20,000 bases of DNA from an uncultured virus (IMG/VR IMGVR_UViG_3300020572_000004). Lineage: Duplodnaviria; Heunggongvirae; Uroviricota; Caudoviricetes. The stretch lies in the IMG/VR virus record IMGVR_UViG_3300020572_000004; one strand, given 5' to 3'. Position numbers and translations under genes: made by a program. Below the pieces are notes generated by a model. The model was not told where the DNA came from and did not search any database. It saw only the letters and a program-made list of their open reading frames with translations. Positions 1 to 9,495 of this stretch are shown in pieces (positions within the stretch are counted from its first letter, which is position 1; the number at the start of each line of letters is the position of its first letter).

Positions 1-1820
1 TTAACAAAAAAGATTATACCGCCTGGGCTAGTATCCGAAAATACACGACCACCACTGCAATCCACTGTAATTTGGGTAACACTAGTATTGGGGCTTGGTA
101 CCGGGCTGCTAGTATGCAGGATGTTGTATTGGATATTAGTCAGCCTACTTACTGCATCAAACGGCAATTTGAATACTGCAGTATCATTGCTAGCAAAGGC
201 GAGTGCTCCTCCAGTTGCAACCGTAAATTTAACAGCTGTGCTACCAGTATTCCATACTCGTGTAATATCAGTCAAATTAAATCCTCCAGTTGCAGTTATG
301 ATGGTGTCATAAAGATACAAGCGATATGTTGATGCGCCTTCAACTTCAACGGCTTTAATTTTGGTTGTTCCGGCTACAAAATTTAATACTTCATTGTTAG
401 TAATTGTAATAGCCGTTGATGTAAATCCAATAGTATTTGCACCAACTGATGTAATTACAACTCCGGTTGTCATCGGACCAGAAGTTGATCCATACATAGT
501 CATACCAACTGTTATGCCAGTTGTGTTGGGTAGCGAAATTGACGTGACAGTGCTTGTGAGTGATCCATCATATGTTTTAGTTAGTCCAACTCTGTATGTA
601 CTACTGATCTCTGTGATGATGGGCAAGTATGAACCAGACTCAAAAGATCCAATCACATAGTTTCCAATATTCGCATATGTATTGGCTGGTGTCAATGGTG
701 AAAGTGTGCGTGCCTTGGGAGCATTCAATTCGTTCTTGTCGAGTGGTGCAACGCGGTAGCCATACACATAGGCAACCGACGGATCAATACCCAAGCTGTA
801 GCGCGTTTGTGCGTCAGCTATGCTAGCTGGCAAGTCGCCTGCACTAATACTATAACCAGCTTTATCCAATTCAGAGCTAACATAACGGCCATAGTTGCTG
901 CCATTGTTATACAATTCGCGAATGTGAGCCCTAAACGGATTGAGTGTATAACTTCCGCTTTCTTCATATGTGCGTTGTGCAAGTTGACGGTCTAGATCGC
1001 TATAACGATCGCGCATTGCTACCGCAGGTACGCTATTAACAACTGTCAACAGAGAAATTTTATCTGATGTGTTGGCTGCACTCCCGTCCGCTTCAAAGGT
1101 TAATGTCAAATCTACAGCATAACGATCAGCGCCAGGAGCATTATAATTGGGAGTACCATTTGCATTGTCTGTTAATGATGCATCAGTTGTATAGTCAACA
1201 AATGTTTCAGCTACGTAAAGGTAAGCTTTACCGTTTACACTAGCATCTTTAGTATCTAGCGTAAAGAAAACACTTTGTGCATCAGTTGCAACAAAACTTC
1301 CTTTTGTGAAGAATACTCCTTTTGAAAGAAATATGCCAGCTGCATAACCGGTTGCTGTCACAGCAACATTCAATGCATTGTTTGTGCTTAAAGCATTGCT
1401 GATAGAGTATGCTGCAACTACACCACCGGTTGCGCTATTATTGTATCTTAAGAATATGCGGTATGCACCGCTTACGCCTAAACTTTTTACACCCAATATA
1501 CTTGCAGCTAATCCATTAAAAGGGAGTATGTTAGTTGATGCAAGGATTGCGGTTGATACATTAGTACCAGTAACCGTAGCATCAATGTATTGAATGGTTT
1601 GGTCATATGTACAACTGCCACCAATAACTGCAGCTCCATCCTTCCATACGCTCAGACCAAATTTATTGATTTGGTTTTGCAGTATGCTCTGCATCTGATT
1701 CAATTCACGAACCTGAACACTGTATCCTGCTTTAAACAAGATACGCAAATAATTTTTTGCATCTACATTCGAAGCCGTAAAATCATCGCGGTATATATTG
1801 TTGTCTGTTGTAATTGGCAT
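1..1820 (-). CDS. VrlC-like / DUF4815 large virion structural protein, N-terminal ~606 aa (runs off the window start; absent from the ORF track)
   Basis: ATG at 1820-1818 overlaps the gp8 stop (TAATG). Hand translation of segments gives MPITTDNNIYRDDF...KNYLRILFKAGYSVQVRELNQMQSILQNQINKFG, DASLTDNANGTPNYNAPGADRY, LAQRTYEESGSY and PSVAYVYGYRV, which are the motifs I recognise from DUF4815/VrlC proteins that follow gp8 in T4-like phages. The frame is still open at position 3. Confidence 0.88.
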   Translation of the reverse strand, partial: MPITTDNNIYRDDFTASNVDAKNYLRILFKAGYSVQVRELNQMQSILQNQINKFGLSVWKDGAAVIGGSCTYDQTIQYIDATVTGTNVSTAILASTNILPFNGLAASILGVKSLGVSGAYRIFLRYNNSATGGVVAAYSISNALSTNNALNVAVTATGYAAGIFLSKGVFFTKGSFVATDAQSVFFTLDTKDASVNGKAYLYVAETFVDYTTDASLTDNANGTPNYNAPGADRYAVDLTLTFEADGSAANTSDKISLLTVVNSVPAVAMRDRYSDLDRQLAQRTYEESGSYTLNPFRAHIRELYNNGSNYGRYVSSELDKAGYSISAGDLPASIADAQTRYSLGIDPSVAYVYGYRVAPLDKNELNAPKARTLSPLTPANTYANIGNYVIGSFESGSYLPIITEISSTYRVGLTKTYDGSLTSTVTSISLPNTTGITVGMTMYGSTSGPMTTGVVITSVGANTIGFTSTAITITNNEVLNFVAGTTKIKAVEVEGASTYRLYLYDTIITATGGFNLTDITRVWNTGSTAVKFTVATGGALAFASNDTAVFKLPFDAVSRLTNIQYNILHTSSPVPSPNTSVTQITVDCSGGRVFSDTSPGGIIFFV

Positions 1821-3211
1821 TAGAATTGAATGATTATTTTGATTTTTTCAGTTTGACCAGCACTACGTGTAATTTTTTTGCGATTCTCAACAAATACAAC
1901 TTCTCCAACGGTACGTGCAAATATACCATCTCCACCAGTAATGCCATTAAAGTTTGATGTACATTCTGAAGCATTAACCGCGGTGTATGTATAATTGGTA
2001 GATCCTGTGGTTGATAAACGGAAAGTAGTGCTTGCAGCTAGTTCTTTAAAGCCTGAAGTGTAATTTTGGTGGAAATATAAAGTATTTCCAACAACTGCAT
2101 CAGCAACTGCAAATGGTACTCCACTGGCATCAGTTATCAAAGCATTAGCGTCAGTAATAGAAGGAACACTATGACCAGTTGGTAAAGTAAGTGATCGCAA
2201 TGCATTTGCAGTTGTAGCCGTTGTGTTCGGATTGCGAACAATCGAAACTTGACGATATGGAGTATAAAAGTTATCTGAGCTGATACCATCAGGCAAATCA
2301 ACAGATACACCAGCATACCAAGATGGCATAACAGCAGCTGGGATATGACCATATCCTAAACGTGGTGCAATGACCGGAACAACAATTGCGCCAGTGCCTG
2401 TAGCATGAGTAACTTCTACAGATGCAACCTGCAATCCTTTTGGCCAGTTAGCTAAAGTGAGGCTGTGTATAACTCCAGTAATAACTCCGCCTACAACTGT
2501 AGCTGTCAACGTTTGAGTATATGTTGTGGTTCCGACGGCATCGCTTCCTCGTAATGTTACTACTGGAGCCGTTCCAGTATATCCAGATCCGCCATTCACC
2601 ACGTGAAACACTGGGCTGCATAGTCCGCCGTAAGCTGTACTGTTTGCCAACGGAGTACTAGTCAATGGCGTCTGACTTACCTCAATAAATTGATCAGTTA
2701 TGAATGCCGTTCCAAGCTGACTTACAGGTTGCACCAAAATCCAAACATAATTATCACCACCTTGGGCTGGAGCATATGTAGATGTATCGGATGGTGGGCT
2801 GGCGGTAAGACCTCCGGAATTGTTAGCTAAGCAAAGATACATACCAGTTGGCGTTGTTGCATAACATGGCAACAGGTTTCCAGTTGCATAAAAGCAACCG
2901 CTGTCATAACTATTATATGCTTTATATCTGTTACCGCTAGCATATGGTACGTTTGGAATTACTAGTGTTGTATTGCTAGCTCCAAGTTTGCTAAATGTGG
3001 CAACATTATTCAACACTTCTAACGCATCGCTAAATGATCCAACTGGAGCAGCAACGTTATAACCAGAAGCATCTTCTGTTACAGCACCTGCATTAGGCCA
3101 TTTGTCAGATTTGCCAATTCCCAAGTAATAGTTATTGGTGACTCCGGCTATATCGTTTAAAAATAATTTTGCACTATTTCTGCGAAAGTTGTCTGTAATA
3201 ATTGCTGACAT
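1820..3211 (-). CDS. gp8: baseplate wedge subunit gp8
   Basis: N-terminus MSAIITDNFRRNSAKLF...YYLGIGKSDKW, internal GDNYVWIL, YRQVSIVRNP and C-terminus GEVVFVENRKKITRSAGQTEKIKIIIQF typical of T4-like gp8; follows gp6 and gp7. Confidence 0.92.
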   Translation of the reverse strand: MSAIITDNFRRNSAKLFLNDIAGVTNNYYLGIGKSDKWPNAGAVTEDASGYNVAAPVGSFSDALEVLNNVATFSKLGASNTTLVIPNVPYASGNRYKAYNSYDSGCFYATGNLLPCYATTPTGMYLCLANNSGGLTASPPSDTSTYAPAQGGDNYVWILVQPVSQLGTAFITDQFIEVSQTPLTSTPLANSTAYGGLCSPVFHVVNGGSGYTGTAPVVTLRGSDAVGTTTYTQTLTATVVGGVITGVIHSLTLANWPKGLQVASVEVTHATGTGAIVVPVIAPRLGYGHIPAAVMPSWYAGVSVDLPDGISSDNFYTPYRQVSIVRNPNTTATTANALRSLTLPTGHSVPSITDANALITDASGVPFAVADAVVGNTLYFHQNYTSGFKELAASTTFRLSTTGSTNYTYTAVNASECTSNFNGITGGDGIFARTVGEVVFVENRKKITRSAGQTEKIKIIIQF

Positions 3212-3230
3212 ATTTTATATTATTTGAATC

Positions 3231-3238
3231 TATTTATA
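3231..3238 (-). promoter_or_regulatory. T4-type late promoter TATAAATA upstream of gp8
   Basis: Exact TATAAATA on the minus strand overlapping the gp7 stop codon, 19 nt before the gp8 ATG. Confidence 0.75.
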
Positions 3239-5189
3239 CGAGTGGATAGTTGGCTATTAACTCAGTTTGTGTGGTTGCACTACCAGAGCCGCTTCTTACA
3301 ATGGAAGATACATTCAACATCTTATAAGCATAAGAATGTAGATAATTAAATGCTCCATTGGTAATTGTAAGAACGTCGCCAACTTTATAATTAAAACCTA
3401 AAGTATTCAATGGTGTTGATATAGAAGTAATTCCTCCATTGTTATCAACCGCAGTTATGTTTAATGCGAAATTACTTCCAGATCCACCAGTTGTAACTTT
3501 ACCAGTACCAACAATATATCCAACACCTGCATTAAGAATGGTAACGCTTGCAACGGGCCCTGCAGCTCCACTTCCAATAACAGAAGAAACTATAACTGTT
3601 GCAAGACCTGAATTGATCATTGAAGAAATTGTTCTGTCACTACCCAAAAAGCCATCGCCCAAACATGATGGGTCTCTAAACTTTATTCCATTAAGATCAT
3701 ACTCTTGGCTAACTAGCTGTCTTTCACTATATTCCGAAGACATAATGAGTTGAAAGATCATGATTACTTCACGCGATAATGCTATACTGCCTTCAGCGAA
3801 TAATACAGTAAAGATGTATTCAAGATCACTAATCGACAACCAGCCCGGTTGGTATTTTGGTGTATGACGTTGATATGTATCTGTTGGATTTAAAGCGCCC
3901 AACCAACTATAACGATCTTGTGGGTTTGGCAATTGGTATGAAATAAACGAATCCCAAACATTAAGACTTTGTATTTCCAATAGTAGCGAAGTAAATAGTT
4001 TTAAACCAGCTGGATGAACAAATTTTAAAAATGCATTACGCCATACAGTTGCATCGCTGTTGGATTGTATGTCATATGAATAGTTTTGCCAATAGTTGCT
4101 ATCCTGAATCTTATAAGAGTCTGAAGCAAATCCTTTATGATCTTCATATACATATTCTGGACCGCTTTGCAATTGCCAAATTATACTATGCCCAGGTAAA
4201 CTGCCGTCATCAACACATTTGTAAACAGTGCGATTTGGAAAGGTTCCTGTTCGTGCATAAAGATTGCCATTTGTTGGTTGTGTAGCTGCAGCATCTCCAT
4301 CAACAAAATTTAAAAATGGAACACCTACTGTTGACGATAACTTGGGAGCCCAAACAGCTCCTTGATTTGTGGGAGGCGCTAGTAGATTGGCACCAGTGAT
4401 TTGCGTGCTATACCAATAGCCAGCGGTTGCACCAACACCTCCACGCAATATCCATGCCGCGTATTGCTCATCATAATATAACGCGTACGGTTGCTGTAAT
4501 AAATTCGTTAGTGTGCCAGTACTGGTGTATGCAAGTCGTCCATTATAAAACCCAGCATACGTTAGTGTTGGAAAGTTTATAACAACACCTTCACTAGTAA
4601 GGACTGGGTCTAATGTTATTACTGTGGTATCATTTAATGTTAATAGCGAATCGTTACTGTCGGCAATTATTAGATTTTCAAAGCCACTGTTATTGATAGT
4701 AATGGTGTCAGCTACTCCATTGACTGGAGCCGCCGTCAATTCTAATGGTGGCACATCATATGGATCCCAATTGATCTTACCGCTTGAAGGTGTAAACAGG
4801 TATTCTTTAGGATAAAAGATTGAAACGGTTTCATTTAAGAATATCTTAAAGAATGCAGTTATACTATCTTCACTACCGCGCGTATTGTAATACTTTACAA
4901 TAATTTTATACAATGAGACTTTATCTAAAGAAGTACTGTTGGGTATATTGTTTGCAATAAGATTGCCTATGCTATCAAGATAGTTATTGCTTACAACATC
5001 AATATCTTTATCTGTAATTATGCTGCCGATTTCAGCCGAAGGCAATCCATGAGTATTGATGTAGTTATAATACTCTTGAATAAATGCAATGATATTTGCT
5101 GCACCAGATTGTATATTGTCAGGAAACAATGATTGTGTACGTACACTTTCAAGATTTCGTGGGCGGCCGTCTGCAATACTTAATAACAT
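3234..5189 (-). CDS. gp7: baseplate wedge initiator gp7-like
   Basis: Motifs FIQEYYNY, YYNTRGSEDSITAFFKIFLNE, IQDSNYWQNYSYDI and HPAGLKLF; located between gp6 and gp8. Confidence 0.82.
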   Translation of the reverse strand: MLLSIADGRPRNLESVRTQSLFPDNIQSGAANIIAFIQEYYNYINTHGLPSAEIGSIITDKDIDVVSNNYLDSIGNLIANNIPNSTSLDKVSLYKIIVKYYNTRGSEDSITAFFKIFLNETVSIFYPKEYLFTPSSGKINWDPYDVPPLELTAAPVNGVADTITINNSGFENLIIADSNDSLLTLNDTTVITLDPVLTSEGVVINFPTLTYAGFYNGRLAYTSTGTLTNLLQQPYALYYDEQYAAWILRGGVGATAGYWYSTQITGANLLAPPTNQGAVWAPKLSSTVGVPFLNFVDGDAAATQPTNGNLYARTGTFPNRTVYKCVDDGSLPGHSIIWQLQSGPEYVYEDHKGFASDSYKIQDSNYWQNYSYDIQSNSDATVWRNAFLKFVHPAGLKLFTSLLLEIQSLNVWDSFISYQLPNPQDRYSWLGALNPTDTYQRHTPKYQPGWLSISDLEYIFTVLFAEGSIALSREVIMIFQLIMSSEYSERQLVSQEYDLNGIKFRDPSCLGDGFLGSDRTISSMINSGLATVIVSSVIGSGAAGPVASVTILNAGVGYIVGTGKVTTGGSGSNFALNITAVDNNGGITSISTPLNTLGFNYKVGDVLTITNGAFNYLHSYAYKMLNVSSIVRSGSGSATTQTELIANYPLV

Positions 5190-5194
5190 AAGAT

Positions 5195-7057
5195 TTAGCG
5201 ATCTCGTTTAAATGTGTTGTAGTCAACTGAGCGACTGCTTCCACCAATTGCAATGCTGTCAACTTCTCCGCTAACATTTACCAAATTCATATCAATTCTT
5301 ATAAGTTGGTTTTTCTTAGGAGCAATATCGTTGCTTGCAGGCAATAAGTTTAGTGTGATTGTTAATGGCTCTCCGCCATCAACATACAATTCAGCCAATT
5401 CAACTTTTCCAGTAACAAGGTTGATACGACCAACATCGCTGTTTATTTTTACTCGCTCACCGGCAGCGCCCAAATAATAAACGTACAATCTGTGATATGT
5501 TGGGTCACCAGCTATAGCTTCATCACCATAATAACACTGTGTTGCATTGATATTAAAAGATGAAGAAGAAATTATAACATAACCATCTTCATCATTAGTT
5601 AAGGCTGTGCCATAGTATATAGTATTCGCTGACTGATTTTGCGGATCCACCACAAAAGATTTGGATACATATACACGCACCAAACTGTTTAAAATTGCAG
5701 GACTATATGTATCAATAGTTTTTAACAATGATGAATGTCGGAATACACCATCAAATGACTCAAGGTATGCAACACCAAAACCATTAACCGCTGTGTATAT
5801 TTTTCCTTCAAGCTCACCTTTTGAAAGATTTGTTTTGGTATTGTTATATTTGAACAACACGTCCAAGCTTAAGTTGATATATTCAGGATCTACAAACTCA
5901 GGAGTAATACTCAATACCTTTTTGTATTTAACAATGTTGAGTATTTCTGCTTTCTGTGTAGCTGTTAAATACAATGCATCTTTTGGTTTTACACAAATGA
6001 AAGCTTTACCATATTGAGGAGGGTCATTATCTTCACCGCCCCATACAGCTATACTTTGGGTTGATGGAAATTTAGCAGTAATAATTGTTTTGTAGTCATC
6101 CGCTGTTACTGCACGGTTTTGACTGACAAATGAATTGGGCGCATTGAATCGAATACTTTCAATATCTTCTTTACTGTTACCACCTGCTGCGGAGCTAACA
6201 GTAATTATAGGAAGTATGCTGGTTGCACCAGACGGCAAGGTGCCTATGTACTGAAATGAATTTGCGCCGTTGCTATCGACACCAGCGGTTGTTAGATATT
6301 CAAATTCAATTATGCTTAAATTGTTAGGGCGTTTTCCAAAAATATTATTACCAAACTCTATTTGATATTTGCCATAAACATTTTCGTTAAGAAGATAAAT
6401 TTGGCTATCGCCATTTATACTTCCTATGCTTACTTCAGTAAAAGGAGTATAGATGTCAGCAGTTTGTTGGCTGCTGCTGTTGTATACTCTAACAATAAGT
6501 GTACTAATATCAACATTTTCATCATCAATTTGATATGTTAATTTTTCGGATACATTATTAACCTGAAAACGTTTAGTCTCAATACTACCTTGTTGAACTT
6601 TAATTGTTTCGGTATATAAATTTTGCCCAGAGTCTTTGTTTATAACCAATTCATCGAGGTTTAGAAACACATAAGTTTTTCCATTGATACTTGTTTTAAA
6701 ATTGCTTCCGCGTGGTAAAGTAATGGCTGATCGCCCGTCACCAACAAATGAAACATTTATTGAAGCAGAAGCACTAGCTTTACTGCGAGGAATATAGCCA
6801 ACAAGTTTTGCATTTGAAACTACACTGCTGCGCAATTGGGCGCTGTCAATAAATGTTTCATTTAGTGCCATATGCGCCAAAATTGCATTATAGTGTGTGT
6901 TGTATGCTAATACATCTAGCAGTTGGTTTAATCCGCTGCCAGCATAATTCCAATCACTAAATGGTGAATCGCTTGTTGTAAAATAATCAATTAGATTTTG
7001 TTTGATTGCATCAAAATCCAATTCGGTTACATTTAGTGTTTGTCTAGAAATTGACAT
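5195..7057 (-). CDS. gp6: baseplate wedge subunit gp6
   Basis: LNVTELDFDAIKQNL, DWNYAGSGLNQLLDVLAYNTHY, FIDSAQLRSSVVS, QNRAVTADDY, VWGGEDNDPPQYGKAFI; 620 aa; follows gp25. Confidence 0.96.
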   Translation of the reverse strand: MSISRQTLNVTELDFDAIKQNLIDYFTTSDSPFSDWNYAGSGLNQLLDVLAYNTHYNAILAHMALNETFIDSAQLRSSVVSNAKLVGYIPRSKASASASINVSFVGDGRSAITLPRGSNFKTSINGKTYVFLNLDELVINKDSGQNLYTETIKVQQGSIETKRFQVNNVSEKLTYQIDDENVDISTLIVRVYNSSSQQTADIYTPFTEVSIGSINGDSQIYLLNENVYGKYQIEFGNNIFGKRPNNLSIIEFEYLTTAGVDSNGANSFQYIGTLPSGATSILPIITVSSAAGGNSKEDIESIRFNAPNSFVSQNRAVTADDYKTIITAKFPSTQSIAVWGGEDNDPPQYGKAFICVKPKDALYLTATQKAEILNIVKYKKVLSITPEFVDPEYINLSLDVLFKYNNTKTNLSKGELEGKIYTAVNGFGVAYLESFDGVFRHSSLLKTIDTYSPAILNSLVRVYVSKSFVVDPQNQSANTIYYGTALTNDEDGYVIISSSSFNINATQCYYGDEAIAGDPTYHRLYVYYLGAAGERVKINSDVGRINLVTGKVELAELYVDGGEPLTITLNLLPASNDIAPKKNQLIRIDMNLVNVSGEVDSIAIGGSSRSVDYNTFKRDR

Positions 7058-7064
7058 ATATTGA

Positions 7065-7502
7065 TTATCTTAAACGGGTTAAATAAAATTGAACTTCTTC
7101 TTCTTGATCGTATAGTACAACAAATCCTATGGTTATGCGGTATGCATTGTTGTCGCTATCATCATATATTTGAACGGTCACATTGTTTATTCTTGGTTCA
7201 AACTGACCAAGGCATCGCAAGATTTCATCCTTTAACGAAAGAGCAGTAAAAATACTAGCTGGCTCAAACAGTAAAGCGCGAACACCACTTCCAATTTCAG
7301 GATGAAACGGATGATCATAAAAACTTGTCAGGACTATATTTTTTATGCTGTTCTTTACAGCATCAATATCTGTAATTGGCCTGATATCTTTAAGAACCGG
7401 ATGAACGATAAATGATAAATCTAAATCGGAATATATGTACTTCTTTGCAACATTACTTGAAGTGATGGTTGAAGAATTGTAATCCGATAAGATATTACTC
7501 AT
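7065..7502 (-). CDS. gp25: baseplate wedge subunit gp25 (sheath initiator)
   Basis: YSDLDLSF, DAVKNSIKNIVLT, PFHPEIGSGVRALLFE, FEPRI motifs; 145 aa; directly upstream of gp6. Confidence 0.95.
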   Translation of the reverse strand: MSNILSDYNSSTITSSNVAKKYIYSDLDLSFIVHPVLKDIRPITDIDAVKNSIKNIVLTSFYDHPFHPEIGSGVRALLFEPASIFTALSLKDEILRCLGQFEPRINNVTVQIYDDSDNNAYRITIGFVVLYDQEEEVQFYLTRLR

Positions 7503-7509
7503 TACATTC

Positions 7510-7517
7510 TATTTATA
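7510..7517 (-). promoter_or_regulatory. T4-type late promoter TATAAATA upstream of gp25
   Basis: Exact TATAAATA in the 15-nt intergenic gap, 7 nt before the gp25 ATG. Confidence 0.8.
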
Positions 7518-9494
7518 TCAAAGCGTCTTGCCTGCTTTTGGCGCACCGCTTACAACACGAACTTGGATTGGTACAGCATATGATGGTTTTGTTTTTCCAC
7601 CAGTATTGATGCCTTTATTTTGAATTGATTTGTATAGAGACAGATTGGAGCCGCAATAATAATCAATCACATTGTTTGACATACCGCCAGTGTCATGAAC
7701 GGTTACGCGCCCACTCCCAACGGGTGTTTGATCTTCGGCATAACGTATTTCAAGAACAGTTTTACCAGTCCAATAGTTGGATGCCACACTAACTCCTTCC
7801 ACCAGAGTTGCACCATATGCTCCTTTGCTTTGACTAAAACCTTCATATCCACCAACTCCACTATCAGCTTTAATCTGATCCTGTGCGGTAGTCTTATCTA
7901 TGGCAGCAGATCCATACACTGTCATATACATAGTTATCCATTCTCCAGTAGCTGCAGAATTACGCGCGTAATAAGAACGAATTGCATTGGTATTGCGTGT
8001 TATTTCATTTTCAATTGCAGCGCTCCGCCCTTTATAATCAAGTTTTGTTGCAGCGTCCCATTCAGGATGTTTACTCAATTCGTCTGATACCAATTTAAGA
8101 TATGTTGCTTTATATTCAAGGTCTTTACCATCATCGGTTGTTCGACTAATATTATCATGATATGAATATGCAAGCGTGTTTAATACTGCTAGCATGCGTA
8201 TGTAATTTTGCAAATCTGTGCCACCTAATGCTGCTACTCTTTGAGGGTCTTTATCAAGATATTCTTTTAATTGGAAGATAAATGCATCATACTCATCTTT
8301 AGGTTTAGGATCATAAGAAGCATTTGCTACTGGAGATATGACACCTCCTACAGCTGGTGGAGGATTTGCTAATGGTATGTTTGTAGGGTTGGGAACGGAT
8401 GCGCCTCCTGGTAAATAGTTAGCGGTTTGACAAACATCAAGATTGTTTAAATTATTGAGTATATCTGATAGCCCAGAGACATCAGAAAAGTTGTTTACTA
8501 TGGCATTAATTTTATTTACCAATGCTATTCCAGTCAATCCTTGCGATGCAAGCAATGCTTCAATAAGAGTTTCGGGTTTAGTCTTTTTGGGATTTGCTAG
8601 ATCAGCTATTTTTTTGATAGCATCATATTTTTTTGCAAGAGCATCAAGTTGTAATAGTAAAGAAGTGGCTGTTGGATTATTGAGTACCAATTCTGTAGCT
8701 TTCTTGATACCCATTTCCATCAAGCGATGTGGCAAATTCTTAGCACAATCTGCTAAACTTTGTACCTGATTAACAAGTTGCAAGTCGTTTACATTAAAAG
8801 TATCAAGTATTGAAACGTCCGATACACCGTACCCAAGCGCATTTGATTTTGATTCAAAAGTTGAAATGCTATCAGAAAAATCTGCGCGCATAACGGTAAG
8901 AGTGTATGTTGATGCGCTGACGCCATCTTCAGCAGTACATGTAATTACCAATATGTTTGTACCAATAATAAGATTTAATGCTATACTAGATGCTCCTGAG
9001 GTTACATCACTTCCTTCTACATCAATCTTTGAATTGGCAGACGTGCTAGTTGGAGTGATAGCCAATGTAGTAGTTTCGGTTGATACATCAACGCTGTATG
9101 AATTGTTTTCAGCAGAAAAGGCTGGAGATAATTGTCCAGCTGATAAACCGATTGCTGATAATGAACTGACCGTTGACGCTGCAGCCCGTATAACATTAAC
9201 GGTATATGTTTTTGTAGTTGCATCTTCTGCGGTAACAACTATTGTAAAAACATTACTGCCTACATTTATAAAAGTTGCCGCACTAGCTGATCCTGAAGTT
9301 ACGCTAACACCATTAACTTTAACTGTAGCTAATCCAGTATCCGCTACGGTTGGTGTTACTGTTCGTGTAGGAGTTTCATATGCTGTGTATGGCATATAAA
9401 CTGTATATGCCGTTGTGGATGCATTAAAAGGAAAAGGAGTTAAAGCTCCAGCGCTTGTGGTTAAAGCCGAAAGATTTGCATTGGATGATGGCAT
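7518..9494 (-). CDS. virion-associated protein with two N-terminal cadherin-like beta-sandwich domains, a helical middle region and a C-terminal 3D (double-psi beta-barrel, MltA-like) domain
   Basis: Two ~100-aa repeats (LSAL...GALTPFPFNASTTAYTV...NVGSNVFTIVVTAEDATTKTYTVNVIR and LSAI...GQLSPAFSAENNSYSV...IGTNILVITCTAEDGVSASTYTLTVMR) match the cadherin-like beta-sandwich pattern. C-terminal MTVYG...GVSVAS...VHDTGGMSNNVIDYY resembles the 3D-domain TAY...DTGGAIKGNRIDIY signature. Confidence 0.7.
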   Translation of the reverse strand: MPSSNANLSALTTSAGALTPFPFNASTTAYTVYMPYTAYETPTRTVTPTVADTGLATVKVNGVSVTSGSASAATFINVGSNVFTIVVTAEDATTKTYTVNVIRAAASTVSSLSAIGLSAGQLSPAFSAENNSYSVDVSTETTTLAITPTSTSANSKIDVEGSDVTSGASSIALNLIIGTNILVITCTAEDGVSASTYTLTVMRADFSDSISTFESKSNALGYGVSDVSILDTFNVNDLQLVNQVQSLADCAKNLPHRLMEMGIKKATELVLNNPTATSLLLQLDALAKKYDAIKKIADLANPKKTKPETLIEALLASQGLTGIALVNKINAIVNNFSDVSGLSDILNNLNNLDVCQTANYLPGGASVPNPTNIPLANPPPAVGGVISPVANASYDPKPKDEYDAFIFQLKEYLDKDPQRVAALGGTDLQNYIRMLAVLNTLAYSYHDNISRTTDDGKDLEYKATYLKLVSDELSKHPEWDAATKLDYKGRSAAIENEITRNTNAIRSYYARNSAATGEWITMYMTVYGSAAIDKTTAQDQIKADSGVGGYEGFSQSKGAYGATLVEGVSVASNYWTGKTVLEIRYAEDQTPVGSGRVTVHDTGGMSNNVIDYYCGSNLSLYKSIQNKGINTGGKTKPSYAVPIQVRVVSGAPKAGKTL

Positions 9495-9495
9495 A

